DNA of 64,000 nt from Candidatus Poribacteria bacterium. GTDB lineage: Bacteria; Poribacteria; WGA-4E; PCPOR2b. Made by a program: the position numbers and the translations under genes. The stretch is taken from contig OZ220744.1 of NCBI GenBank assembly GCA_965116925.1, positions 640,001-704,000 of the forward strand, given 5' to 3'. Shown here piece after piece: positions 10,783 through 20,253 of the stretch; the first letter of the stretch is position 1, and every line of letters begins with the position of its first letter. The notes under the pieces are model-generated. The model was not told the DNA's origin and made no database searches. It worked only from the letters and a program-made list of their open reading frames with translations.

Positions 10783-11055
10783 ATGGACAAGGATACGCTG
10801 CAAATCATAATTATGGTCGCTGGTTTTGCCATCACGATTATTATCGGCCTCTTAAGATTTCCGAGTCGGGCTGAGATGAATCGGCGATTCGATGATACGA
10901 ATAAACGATTCGATGATATGAATCGGCCATTCGATGATATGAATAAACGGTTCGACGATATGAATCAAAGGCTCATTGATTTGAGTGCAGATGTGAGAAA
11001 CATCTATCACATACTCATACAGGGGAAGCTAGGAGAATCAGAGAAAGACGATTAA
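10783..11055 (+). CDS. Small TM-anchored heptad-repeat coiled-coil protein
   Basis: SD GGAGG, extended -10 TGCTATAAT at ~10740, one TM helix, (N-x-R-F-D-D-M)n repeats. Confidence 0.75.
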   Translation: MDKDTLQIIIMVAGFAITIIIGLLRFPSRAEMNRRFDDTNKRFDDMNRPFDDMNKRFDDMNQRLIDLSADVRNIYHILIQGKLGESEKDD

Positions 11056-11276
11056 TCTCCCTCCGAATCACCAGCCGCTTCGTCGTCTCACACTCTCCCA
11101 CCGAATAAGTAGTAGAAGTAAACCCCACTTGTCATGCGCTAACCCGTATCGTGCGAGTCCATCCCAAAGATTGATTTGCACGGGGAGAAACCGTAGGGGC
11201 GGGGTAACCCCGCCCGTATTTGTCGAAAACTCGGTTTCTATTGAACAATTTCTTCACATGAGCGGAAATGCTTTTA

Positions 11277-12203
11277 TCAGCCCTGAACAACCGGATTCTT
11301 CAAAACACCAATCTTCTCAATCTCGACCTCAACGACATCCCCATCGACCAATTTCTGATCGGGGTGCCCAACACCTGCGGGTGTACCTGTTGAGATAATA
11401 TCGCCCGGTTCAAGCGTGACCAGCGTTGAGGTAAATTCCACGATCTGTGCACAATCAAAGATCATGTGCCCCGTATTGGCATCCTGCTTAGTTTCACCGT
11501 TGACGCGACAGGCGATACGCAGACTGTTCGGATCCGGGATCTCATCCTTTGTTGTCATACATGGACCGACTGGCGCAAACGTGTCGAACCACTTCCCATT
11601 GAGCCAATCAAACCATTCGTCGCCGTCTCGATCTACGCGGCTGTCCTTCACCTTTAGTTCACGTTCAGAAACATCGTTGACCGCGGTGTATCCCGCAACG
11701 TAATCGTAGGCTTCATCAGCGGAGATGAATTTCCCACGCTTGCCGATAACAATACCAATCTCTGCTTCCCAGTCAGTAAAGACGCCATTCGGAGGAATGA
11801 TAATTGCTTCTTCATGGGCAACTATGGTAGTGGTTGGCGGTTTCATGAAAACGCGTGGCGTTGTCTCCAGCTGGCTCAATGCGACGCCGCCACCTTCCTC
11901 GATATGCGAGGCATAGTTCCCGGCGAGCAGCAATAGCTTCTTCGGATTAGGAATCGGTGACAGGAGTGGATCTGTGCTCCAGACCGCCTTCTCTGGATTT
12001 TCCGCTGCTACGTTAATCGCATGTGTAGCCGCGTCAAAGGCTCTCTGCCCACCTTCAAGAAATGCGATCATACCACTCAAGAGTGCGGGCAGTGCGTCAT
12101 CTGTGACCGCTGCTTGATAAGTGGCTTGCAGGTCTAAAACCTTATCATCAATTGATGCGCCTAATTTGGCACCATCAGAACTTTGGAAACTTACTAATTT
12201 CAT
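11277..12203 (-). CDS. Fumarylacetoacetate hydrolase family protein
   Basis: NYASH, DWEAE, NDVSER, GK.FDTF.P.GP, TGTP.GVG. Confidence 0.92.
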   Translation of the reverse strand: MKLVSFQSSDGAKLGASIDDKVLDLQATYQAAVTDDALPALLSGMIAFLEGGQRAFDAATHAINVAAENPEKAVWSTDPLLSPIPNPKKLLLLAGNYASHIEEGGGVALSQLETTPRVFMKPPTTTIVAHEEAIIIPPNGVFTDWEAEIGIVIGKRGKFISADEAYDYVAGYTAVNDVSERELKVKDSRVDRDGDEWFDWLNGKWFDTFAPVGPCMTTKDEIPDPNSLRIACRVNGETKQDANTGHMIFDCAQIVEFTSTLVTLEPGDIISTGTPAGVGHPDQKLVDGDVVEVEIEKIGVLKNPVVQG

Positions 12204-12312
12204 GGAATCTCCTTTGATTGTTTTTGCGGATTAAAATCACCTACAAATCTAAACTACGAAACCAAAACGCACCTGTACGGCAAAGGTGCGTGTAGATCGA
12301 TTAAAATACAGT

Positions 12313-13137
12313 CTACTTTCCTCTATTCTTCTCAAGCCAATTAACCGCGAAGTCTACGGCAGCACGTTGTGGCATCAGTTGGCAATTTGCCAACCCAACC
12401 TTGCCATGATGCACCTCGGTCCTTACATCACTGCACAGAAAGTCCTCACCAATCTGCTCAAAATCTGAACTATCCAGATCTATATTTTCAAACGTAGTCC
12501 ACCTCCTTGAATCCGCCGTTGAGATTGGTGCCCCCTCTTGGACGATATGTTTCGTTGGAAAGGTAGCACGATATTCTGCAAGGTGCATAGATGTGTTGCT
12601 GTCATGTCCCACGCCGAGGAGAAGGACGTAACCGTCCAAATCGTAGATTCTAGCAAGCGGCGAATCCTCACCCAGACCAAACTCCAATGAGTGGTTGTTC
12701 GTGATATGCGATGCTTGATGCCCATACGCACAGAACGAGTGGTGCGGATGGGCGCTGCGGAGAACCCCTTTCTGCTTTCGGAATGTTTCTGCGATAGCTC
12801 CCATTGACCGCGTAGGTGTCAGATCTGGCTGGTAGGCTGGCATTGTCGCACGTATAACCGGCCACCACGATTCGGGCACGGGCGGATTTTCCCACTGACT
12901 CGGTTCGGTCAAATCCGTTGAGTGGGTGGGCATAACAAGTGTGCCAGTTTCACCCAAGACCTCCTGAAGTGCGATGATGACTGCTACCGCTCCGCCACAT
13001 ACCCAACCTATCGCGCTCAAAGATGAATGAACCAACAATACCATTCCCGCCCTGACACCAAGTGTGCGGAGATCAGCCTGTAACGAGTTAATCGTGGCGG
13101 GGACTTCTGTGTTCTGAACAACCTCACCTTCACTCAT
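12313..13137 (-). CDS. AAC(3)/YokD family N-acetyltransferase
   Basis: VHSSLSAIGWV.GG, LVMPT, RS.HP..SF, NTSMHLAE. Confidence 0.9.
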   Translation of the reverse strand: MSEGEVVQNTEVPATINSLQADLRTLGVRAGMVLLVHSSLSAIGWVCGGAVAVIIALQEVLGETGTLVMPTHSTDLTEPSQWENPPVPESWWPVIRATMPAYQPDLTPTRSMGAIAETFRKQKGVLRSAHPHHSFCAYGHQASHITNNHSLEFGLGEDSPLARIYDLDGYVLLLGVGHDSNTSMHLAEYRATFPTKHIVQEGAPISTADSRRWTTFENIDLDSSDFEQIGEDFLCSDVRTEVHHGKVGLANCQLMPQRAAVDFAVNWLEKNRGK

Positions 13138-13265
13138 CTATTTTATACCCAAAACCTAAATTGACCCATGCAGAGAGCATCTGGGGGCGGGATAGAAAGC
13201 GATCCGCGCTATTATCACGAAGGGGATTATAGCAAATCTGTTGATTCAAGTCAACGACAATATGG

Positions 13266-13294
13266 TTGCAAAGAAGCAGTGGTTTCTGTATAAT
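13266..13294 (+). promoter_or_regulatory. Sigma-70 promoter
   Basis: TTGCAA-N17-TATAAT with TG extension. Confidence 0.55.
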
Positions 13295-13338
13295 AAACTC
13301 ACTTGAATATAAACTTTTATCATACAGGAAGGAAACAA

Positions 13339-14049
13339 GTGAAGCTAAATAATGGAATTAAACTCACGTGGCTTGGACACGGTACCTTCAAGATTGAATT
13401 TGAGGGACAGACCTTTCTAATAGATCCATGGGTAGCTAGCAATCCAGTCTGTCCAGATGACCTTAAAACGTTTGACAAGCTTGACGCTATGCTGATTACA
13501 CACGGGCACGCCGATCACACCGCCGATGCTGTTGATCTCGCGAAACAGCATTCCCCGACTGTTGTGGCAATGGTCGAAGTCAGCACTTGGCTTGCGAGTA
13601 AAGGCGTTGAAAACACAATCGGGATGAACAAAGGGGGCACTGTTTCGGTCAATGGATTAAGCGCGACTATGGTAACAGCCAACCATAGCAGCAGTTTCAC
13701 AGAGGAAGACGGCGCTATCGTCTATCTCGGTGAACCCGCAGGATATATCCTCGAATTCTCAAATGGGTATAAAATCTATCACGCAGGAGATACGAATGTG
13801 TTCGGTGATATGCGAATCATCGGTGAAATCTATCAACCGGATCTAGCCCTCTTACCAATCGGTGATCACTTCACGATGGGGCCCCGCGAGGCTGCCTATG
13901 CGGCACAGTTACTCAATGTGCCCGCTATTGTGCCGATGCATTACGGAACATTTCCGTTGCTAACCGGGACACCGGACGCACTACGCGAACTGACCAAAGA
14001 TCAAGCGGTTGAAATCGTCGAACTCCAGCCGGGCGAAACTTTGGATTGA
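13339..14049 (+). CDS. UPF0173 metal-dependent hydrolase (metallo-beta-lactamase fold)
   Basis: WLGH, THGHADH, YHAGDT, PMHYGTF; likely GTG start at 13339 after SD GGAAGG. Confidence 0.9.
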   Translation: MKLNNGIKLTWLGHGTFKIEFEGQTFLIDPWVASNPVCPDDLKTFDKLDAMLITHGHADHTADAVDLAKQHSPTVVAMVEVSTWLASKGVENTIGMNKGGTVSVNGLSATMVTANHSSSFTEEDGAIVYLGEPAGYILEFSNGYKIYHAGDTNVFGDMRIIGEIYQPDLALLPIGDHFTMGPREAAYAAQLLNVPAIVPMHYGTFPLLTGTPDALRELTKDQAVEIVELQPGETLD

Positions 14050-14215
14050 AGCGTAAGAGGTAATCTGTAAGATAACCCAAGTTGCTATATATTGAAAAGC
14101 CATCGGGGCCTTGTAGGGGCGGGGTCTCCCCGCCCGTCAGATGTTCAGTCTTTCGCTCCAGAGGAGCGCAATGTGTATAGCATTAATTTGCGAATTTTTG
14201 ATGGGAGACCTAAAA

Positions 14216-15034
14216 ATGAGAATTGCTTATGCTCGACGTGAAGAGATGGAAGAAATCAGCAGCGTCCATGGTGGCGCGAAATCAATCCTATTCAAAAGTC
14301 TTTTTGGCAGCGATGATTTTGGAACCCCATGGCGGTTTATTCATAGTGCGATTCTACTACCCGGCGGCGGCATCGGTCATCATCGGCACGACAACAATGA
14401 GGAGGTGTTCGTCACAGTTGACAACGCCGCCCAATTTACACACAATGGACGCACGGCGGAGATTGTCGGCGGTGCAGCTGTGCCATTACGTCAAGGGGAG
14501 TCTCACGCCATCTACAACCACACCGACAAAGAGACGCGATGGTTCAATTTCAACGTTGCGGCGATCGGTGTGCCTCCCGATTCAACCGATTTCGGTGATG
14601 ACCGTGCCAATGCACCTTTGGAGTCGATAGACCGCCTCCCTGTCGCTCGACTGGATCGCAATCTACTAGGCTATGGTCAGTCGCACGAAGGTAAAGGCGA
14701 AATCGGTGCCCGGACGCTATGGGAACATCAGGATTTTCGCAATAACTGGGGTTTCGTCAGCCATGCCCTGTTACCGCCTGGCACTTCTGTCGGCTATCAT
14801 CGACACGACCGGATCGAGGAGGCTTATATTGTCCTGAACGGCAGCGGTCGGATGACTGTCGATGATGAGACAGAGGAGGTCTATGAAGGCGCAGCGATTC
14901 CGAATCGGCTTGGGGGATCACACGGAATCTATAATCACACACAGGACGACCTTGAGATGCTTGTGGTCGCTGTGTGTCTGGAACGCGGCAAGACCGATGC
15001 AACCAATTTCGGCGATGATTTAACGATGCGGTAA
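14216..15034 (+). CDS. Bicupin (two cupin domains) protein
   Basis: Two 'G.HRHD..EE' ... 'HAIYN/HGIYN' motifs; upstream ORF extension runs through repeat DNA, so start placed at ATG 14216. Confidence 0.8.
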   Translation: MRIAYARREEMEEISSVHGGAKSILFKSLFGSDDFGTPWRFIHSAILLPGGGIGHHRHDNNEEVFVTVDNAAQFTHNGRTAEIVGGAAVPLRQGESHAIYNHTDKETRWFNFNVAAIGVPPDSTDFGDDRANAPLESIDRLPVARLDRNLLGYGQSHEGKGEIGARTLWEHQDFRNNWGFVSHALLPPGTSVGYHRHDRIEEAYIVLNGSGRMTVDDETEEVYEGAAIPNRLGGSHGIYNHTQDDLEMLVVAVCLERGKTDATNFGDDLTMR

Positions 15035-15042
15035 CGTAGTCG

Positions 15043-16023
15043 ATGAAAATTCCAAAATCTCTTTTTCTCATTCTGTTCAGTTGTTTCGGTCTCTGTCTCA
15101 ATACCTCGGAGGCGTCAGAAGCCAAAGTGCTTGCCGATTATCCGAATCAGGTAACGCGGGATGGGGAGTTGGTTGTCCTGCCTGACAAAGGCATCGTGTA
15201 TGTTGCAACAGACTTTCAGGCGCAGTGGAGCAATTTTAATCGATGGTTGACACAGACAAGACTGGTGGAGCGGATTGAAGCGGGGGAAGATGTATACGGT
15301 TTAATTCTCGGCGATGCAGTCGATCACAAGCCGGGCGATCCGATCTTTGAGCCTTACGGTGATGTGAAAATTGTCGATCGGATCATACAGCTTCAGGGGC
15401 AGTTGGGAGAAGAACGCTTCATCTATCTCAGAGGGAACCACGAACTGGCGTCCGCCGATGCCTATGCCATGCTCAAAAAAGCCGGTATGACCCCTGACAA
15501 CCGCCGGGATATGATTGCTCAACTTTATCAGACTAGCCACGGACCCTACTTCAAGCAGTTCAATTTCATGGAACGGATGACGGATGAGCATTACAATTAC
15601 CTAATTAACCTCCCAACAGTCGCTATCGGTAAAAACGGGTTCGTTGGTGTTCACGCAGGGACATCACGGTCTGCCAAGACCCTCGCTGACCTCGTTCAGC
15701 CAAGCAAAAAGGTACTCGATGAGCTGCTGTGGGGACGTCCTTCGATCGTGCTACGGAGTGGATATACCCCATCCCAAACGGCTGAATTCCTCAAAAGAAT
15801 TGGAGGTCGAGTGTTGGCTGTTGGACACACACCGGTGGGCTCTTTCCCTAAGAACGAGGTTGGTGATGGGGTGGCACGACACGGAAAGCATCAGGTTATC
15901 TTCTCAACCGGTTACGGTGCAGCACCGGGGGTACGATCCTATCTCGCCATCGATCTCTCCAAACGCTACGATACTGTCACTGATCTGAAATACGGGGCGG
16001 AGATCCATCCACTGCGTCCCTGA
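15043..16023 (+). CDS. Secreted calcineurin-like metallophosphoesterase
   Basis: Signal peptide; GDAVD, GNHE, HAG, GHT motifs. Confidence 0.75.
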   Translation: MKIPKSLFLILFSCFGLCLNTSEASEAKVLADYPNQVTRDGELVVLPDKGIVYVATDFQAQWSNFNRWLTQTRLVERIEAGEDVYGLILGDAVDHKPGDPIFEPYGDVKIVDRIIQLQGQLGEERFIYLRGNHELASADAYAMLKKAGMTPDNRRDMIAQLYQTSHGPYFKQFNFMERMTDEHYNYLINLPTVAIGKNGFVGVHAGTSRSAKTLADLVQPSKKVLDELLWGRPSIVLRSGYTPSQTAEFLKRIGGRVLAVGHTPVGSFPKNEVGDGVARHGKHQVIFSTGYGAAPGVRSYLAIDLSKRYDTVTDLKYGAEIHPLRP

Positions 16024-16048
16024 AGGCTCAATTCTGTTTCACAAAGGG

Positions 16049-16960
16049 TTGTCTATGTCGCGTTTATTGCTCTATGTTATGTTACCGGTGCTCATTGCTT
16101 GCGCCCTCATCGCCTCCCGGTTCGTGAGTTGGGATAGCCTGAAAGGGGAAGACCCCAAGGCACTCCAGTTTGTTGTCAAAGGGACGGAACTCCTAGGGGG
16201 ACAAACAGACCGTGATAACCGCAGCGCAGTCTCCGCCTTTACCCGTGCGATTGAAATCAATCCAAAATACGCAGAAGCCTACATTAAACGCGGACTCGCT
16301 CACTATCGTCAGGGTGAATACCGAAAAGCGATTGACGATTATACGCAGACACTGAACCTGAATCGGTATGCAGCCGATGCCTACTACAGTCGCGGAGATG
16401 CCTATCGTGCCCTAGGTGATTATCAGCACGCGCTCACAGATTACACGGCATCTTTGGAGAAACGATGGGCAGGATTTGTAACATGGAAACGAGCAGAAAC
16501 CTATCTGGAGATGGGGGATACGCAGCGCGCTCTGGCAGACTACGATACAGTCATTAAACGTAAACCCGGTGCCGCAGCCTACTATTATCGAGGACTCGCG
16601 TACGCACAGATGGGCGAATACCGACTTGCCCTTACAGACCTTGACAAGGCAATCGAGATCGAGCCTGCATTTGCGGAGGCATATCTCCGCCGGGGTGAGA
16701 CCCATCTCCGCTTAAATCAGCCGGACGCAGCGGAATCTGACTATCACAAAGTGATTCAGCTATCAACCGATGAGATTCAGGGCTGGGGTGAAGCCCATCC
16801 GACATTGGGCCCCATCTACTTCCGCAGGGCATCCGCGTACCAACGGCTCGGTCGCTACGAAGATGCGCTCGCCGATTATGAGAAGGTCATTGCACTTCAG
16901 CCGGGGTCGGAGATGGCACAAAAAGCAGCGGGGGAATTGAATATAGGGGCGGCTGAGTGA
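16049..16960 (+). CDS. TPR-repeat protein with N-terminal membrane anchor
   Basis: Repeated 'AY..RG.A....G.Y..A..DY' units. Confidence 0.88.
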   Translation: MSMSRLLLYVMLPVLIACALIASRFVSWDSLKGEDPKALQFVVKGTELLGGQTDRDNRSAVSAFTRAIEINPKYAEAYIKRGLAHYRQGEYRKAIDDYTQTLNLNRYAADAYYSRGDAYRALGDYQHALTDYTASLEKRWAGFVTWKRAETYLEMGDTQRALADYDTVIKRKPGAAAYYYRGLAYAQMGEYRLALTDLDKAIEIEPAFAEAYLRRGETHLRLNQPDAAESDYHKVIQLSTDEIQGWGEAHPTLGPIYFRRASAYQRLGRYEDALADYEKVIALQPGSEMAQKAAGELNIGAAE

Positions 16961-16976
16961 ACCGTAGATTTTAGGT

Positions 16977-17528
16977 TTGACTCAGAGTTCCCCAGAAACC
17001 GCCGAAAAGGATTTCGTCGTGAATTTAAGATACCAACTGTTTCCGAGGTCAGTAGGAATAACGGAACCAATTCAGCGAGTAATTAAGTGTTTTGAACTAA
17101 TCTACGACGAAATAAAATCGCCAGAAAACGAACTAAACAGTGACAAAGTTTTACAAATCTTGAGACCTCATCTTGAGAATATAGAATTCACAGTTGAAAA
17201 GGGAAAATCTAAGGGAAAGAAAATTCATGTGCCTGTTCTCTTTGGAGAGAATAATAGCATTGACCAATTTTTCAATGCAGATGGCATTAGCAATGATGGC
17301 AGAATTGTGCTGGAAGTTGAAGCAGGTAGAGCAGTTGCAAATTATGCGTTTCTAAAAGATATTTTTCAAGTCTGTATGATGCACGACGTTGAATTTTTGA
17401 TTTTGGCTGTTAGGAACGATTACAGAGGCAGTGACGATTTTGAAAAAGTTTATACATTTTTGGAAACCTTATACATCAGTGGTCGGTTAGTTTTGCCTCT
17501 CAAAGGTATTACTCTTATTGGTTATTGA
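16977..17528 (+). CDS. Hypothetical protein, probable restriction-endonuclease-like fold (start may be GTG 17019)
   Basis: AT-rich; 'AD-x8-LEVEAG' resembles PD-(D/E)xK/ExE catalytic motifs; adjacent to an RM system. Confidence 0.5.
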   Translation: MTQSSPETAEKDFVVNLRYQLFPRSVGITEPIQRVIKCFELIYDEIKSPENELNSDKVLQILRPHLENIEFTVEKGKSKGKKIHVPVLFGENNSIDQFFNADGISNDGRIVLEVEAGRAVANYAFLKDIFQVCMMHDVEFLILAVRNDYRGSDDFEKVYTFLETLYISGRLVLPLKGITLIGY

Positions 17529-17606
17529 TTGTCAAATGATGTCATTATCTGTCATCTTTTAAAATTCTTTGATTAGGTGCCGAACTAAGGATCGATTGAC
17601 TCCACC

Positions 17607-17846
17607 ATGCCACACAACATCATGGCAACCAACCATATCCTCCTCAAGAAATTTGGTGAACGAGTTCAGTCATTGCGAAATCAGGCGGGGATTTCTCAAG
17701 AAAAACTGGCGGAGCTGGCTAAAATGCATCGTACCTATATTAGCGGTATTGAGCGTGGAGAAAGGAATGTGTCCCTGATCAATATTATGCGGCTTGCAAG
17801 TGCGTTAGGTGTATCCATAAGCAAACTCATGGAAGGGATTAATTAA
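17607..17846 (+). CDS. XRE-family HTH controller (C) protein of the RM system
   Basis: FG.RV..LR....ISQEKLA....MHRTYISGIERGERNVSL; stop codon abuts the REase ATG. Confidence 0.88.
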   Translation: MPHNIMATNHILLKKFGERVQSLRNQAGISQEKLAELAKMHRTYISGIERGERNVSLINIMRLASALGVSISKLMEGIN

Positions 17847-18605
17847 ATGCTGTCGCCTTATAGTAACCTTGATACAGTCGACTGGGAACTGAAAACTCTA
17901 GAATTAATCGAGCAATACCCGTTAAGCTTGGAGGAGTTAAGGGATACAGCTCTTCAGACGTGGCAGATTTTATGGCAGACGAGAATCGGCACCGGAAAAT
18001 CTGCAATACGTCTTGATGAAATAGATGTGCCTGCAATGGTAGTTGGATATTTTTTTGAAAAACTATATGCCAGAGAGCTAGGAAACCGCTATCCAAACCA
18101 GTGGCGTGGTGGACAAAGCAGAGATGAGAAAGATATAGTCTGTTTAACGAATCCATTTTTCTCAACAGAAATGAAATCATCCGGCCAACTGAGTACAAAA
18201 ATATATGGTAACCGCAGTTACGCACAAAGAGCAAAACGTGACTCATCAACGTCAAAGGTTGAAAAATCAGGTTACTATATCACAGTGAACTTCTATCAAA
18301 CGACATTGACTCTGCTGCGATTTGGCTGGATAGACTATGAAGATTGGCAGCCTCAAAGGGCGGCAACCGGCCAAGCTGCTACCTTGAGAGACGAAATTTA
18401 CAAATACAAGTTGGTGGAAATTCGAGGAGATTATAGACTGAATGGGCCCATCGGTTTGCTAAACGGAGTGGGTGGGAAGCGAATCGAAATATTTGCAGCC
18501 GAAGGAATCAAAACCATTCGGGACCTATTGGCTTATAGAGGAGACAGCCAACTGATTCAAAGGTTTAGAGAAGAAGCTACAAGTCTTGAAACAACATCAG
18601 ACTAA
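17847..18605 (+). CDS. ScaI-family type II restriction endonuclease with C-terminal HhH-like extension
   Basis: 'SPY......W...T.ELI..YPL', 'EKD', 'EMKSS', 'YGNRSYAQ', 'KSGYY..VNF', 'RFGW.D..DW..Q.A.TGQ.A'. Confidence 0.8.
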   Translation: MLSPYSNLDTVDWELKTLELIEQYPLSLEELRDTALQTWQILWQTRIGTGKSAIRLDEIDVPAMVVGYFFEKLYARELGNRYPNQWRGGQSRDEKDIVCLTNPFFSTEMKSSGQLSTKIYGNRSYAQRAKRDSSTSKVEKSGYYITVNFYQTTLTLLRFGWIDYEDWQPQRAATGQAATLRDEIYKYKLVEIRGDYRLNGPIGLLNGVGGKRIEIFAAEGIKTIRDLLAYRGDSQLIQRFREEATSLETTSD

Positions 18606-19468
18606 ACCGCTTTACTTGTCCCAAACAATTCTAACTGCGCTTCTTGTACTTTTCGATGCTGGAAAAAGTTATCAATCCGGTCCGCAGCGATACGACAATA
18701 ATCTTCTTTGAGCTCAAAACCAACCGTGGGACGACCTAATTTGAGAGCAACTTCAGCAGTGGTCCCGGATCCGATAAAGGGATCTAAGACTAGTTCTCTT
18801 GAGTTAGACGAAGCTTTGATAATACGTTCTATGACAGCCATGGGAAACTGAGCCGGATGGGGGGTTCGTTCTGTAGAAGCTCGGTTCTTACCAGATGTTA
18901 CCTTCGGGAATTGCCAGACATCTGTAGGATTTTTTCCATTTGGATTTACTTTTATTTTTCCATTTTTCTTTTGGTTAGGATATTTAACATTTGGATCTCG
19001 AATGGCATCAAGATTGAAAGTATAATCATCTGGATTTTTTACATACCACAGGAATTTCTCATTTCTAGGTGAGAAGAATTTTTTTCCGGCAACCCCAGCA
19101 CCGTAGTTCCAGATGATTTCTTGAATTAAATGAAAAGGTATCCTGTCCCACAATAAATATGGAATGGGTATAGCCTTTGCGCGATCTGGTATTGAAAAAT
19201 ATCCAAGATTAAGCCAGAAGGCACCGTTGGGGCGTGTGATTCGGTAAATCTCTGCAACCCATGCCTCACACCAGTCCAGATATTCCTCCAATGCCATCGG
19301 ATTTTCATACGCTTTCCCAATGTTATAGGGGGGACTAGTTACCGTCAACCATACAACCTCTGCAGGCAGTTTTTTTAATGCCTGCAAACAGTCCATATTG
19401 TAGATAAGACAGTTATCCGTATAATAAAAAGGTTGTCCTAAGATGTCACGAATCTGATTGAGAACCAT
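18602..19468 (-). CDS. Beta-class amino (N4-C/N6-A) DNA methyltransferase, cognate of the REase
   Basis: TSPPYN (motif IV) precedes HPAQFP and DPFIGSGTT (motif I); convergent with and overlapping the REase. Confidence 0.92.
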   Translation of the reverse strand: MVLNQIRDILGQPFYYTDNCLIYNMDCLQALKKLPAEVVWLTVTSPPYNIGKAYENPMALEEYLDWCEAWVAEIYRITRPNGAFWLNLGYFSIPDRAKAIPIPYLLWDRIPFHLIQEIIWNYGAGVAGKKFFSPRNEKFLWYVKNPDDYTFNLDAIRDPNVKYPNQKKNGKIKVNPNGKNPTDVWQFPKVTSGKNRASTERTPHPAQFPMAVIERIIKASSNSRELVLDPFIGSGTTAEVALKLGRPTVGFELKEDYCRIAADRIDNFFQHRKVQEAQLELFGTSKAV

Positions 19469-19489
19469 ATGACTCTCCGCTTGTTTTGT

Positions 19490-19525
19490 TACTTATAGTA
19501 TACAAAACTTGCTTTCAATAGTCAA
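19490..19525 (-). promoter_or_regulatory. MTase sigma-70 promoter with overlapping C-box-like palindrome
   Basis: Minus strand TTGACT-N17-TATACT (19525-19497); TACT-TAT-AGTA palindrome at 19490-19500. Confidence 0.65.
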
Positions 19526-19631
19526 GTTATTTTGAGTGTTCTAAACATCTTTCTGACAGAGTTGAGGACTTTTCTGTTGTGATGATGAATTAGTCGATTA
19601 CCATACCTTAAATCTCACATTTTATAACACC

Positions 19632-20048
19632 ATGCCACACCAATACCACACCAAACGCCGAATAGAATTCTCCGACACCGACATGGCGGGCATCGTCCAC
19701 TTCGCACGGTTTTTTGTGTTTATGGAGTCCACCGAACACGAATTCCTCCGTTCATTGGGAACAAGCGTTGCCACAGAATGGGATGGAAACAAAATCGGCT
19801 GGCCCCGGTTGGCAGCCTCGTGTGAGTATCTCAGACCTGTCAAATTTGAAGAAGAACTGGAAATCCGCCTGACGGTTGCCAGAAAAGGCACGAAATCCCT
19901 CACCTATCAATTCGTTTTTATGAAAGACAACGTAGAGGTCGCTCACGGTCAGTTGACAGTGGCGTGCTGCATCTGCAACCCCGGCGAAAAGTTGAGAGCC
20001 ATCCCGATACCGGACTTTATCACGAATCAGATCGAAGCATCAGGATAA
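19632..20048 (+). CDS. Acyl-CoA thioesterase (4HBT/YbgC family)
   Basis: F.DTDMAGIVHF motif. Confidence 0.88.
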   Translation: MPHQYHTKRRIEFSDTDMAGIVHFARFFVFMESTEHEFLRSLGTSVATEWDGNKIGWPRLAASCEYLRPVKFEEELEIRLTVARKGTKSLTYQFVFMKDNVEVAHGQLTVACCICNPGEKLRAIPIPDFITNQIEASG

Positions 20049-20054
20049 GAACCC

Positions 20055-20202
20055 ACCACAGAGACGCGGAGAACGCAGAGAAAAATTAGAATAAGAAAGG
20101 GTACAAGTATGTGAGGGAACGAGAATTTCCCGCTTCCTTGCTGCCTTGTCCCTACTTTCCCTCAAGAATAAAAAAACTCTGTGTCCTCTGTGTCTCTGCG
20201 GT
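20055..20202. repeat. Inverted pair of ~26-bp CACAGAG-type repeats (REPIN-like)
   Basis: ACCACAGAGACGCGGAGAACGCAGAG (20055-20080) vs CTCTGTGTCCTCTGTGTCTCTGCGGT (20177-20202). Confidence 0.65.
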
Positions 20203-20253
20203 TGAATTTTAGTGAAATGTGAAACATCAATCAAACCTTGCATTCTTGAACTC

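Noticed and set aside
12313..13137. Acquired aminoglycoside resistance gene
   Set aside because: YokD-like chromosomal family member in a non-mobile context; resistance cannot be inferred from sequence.
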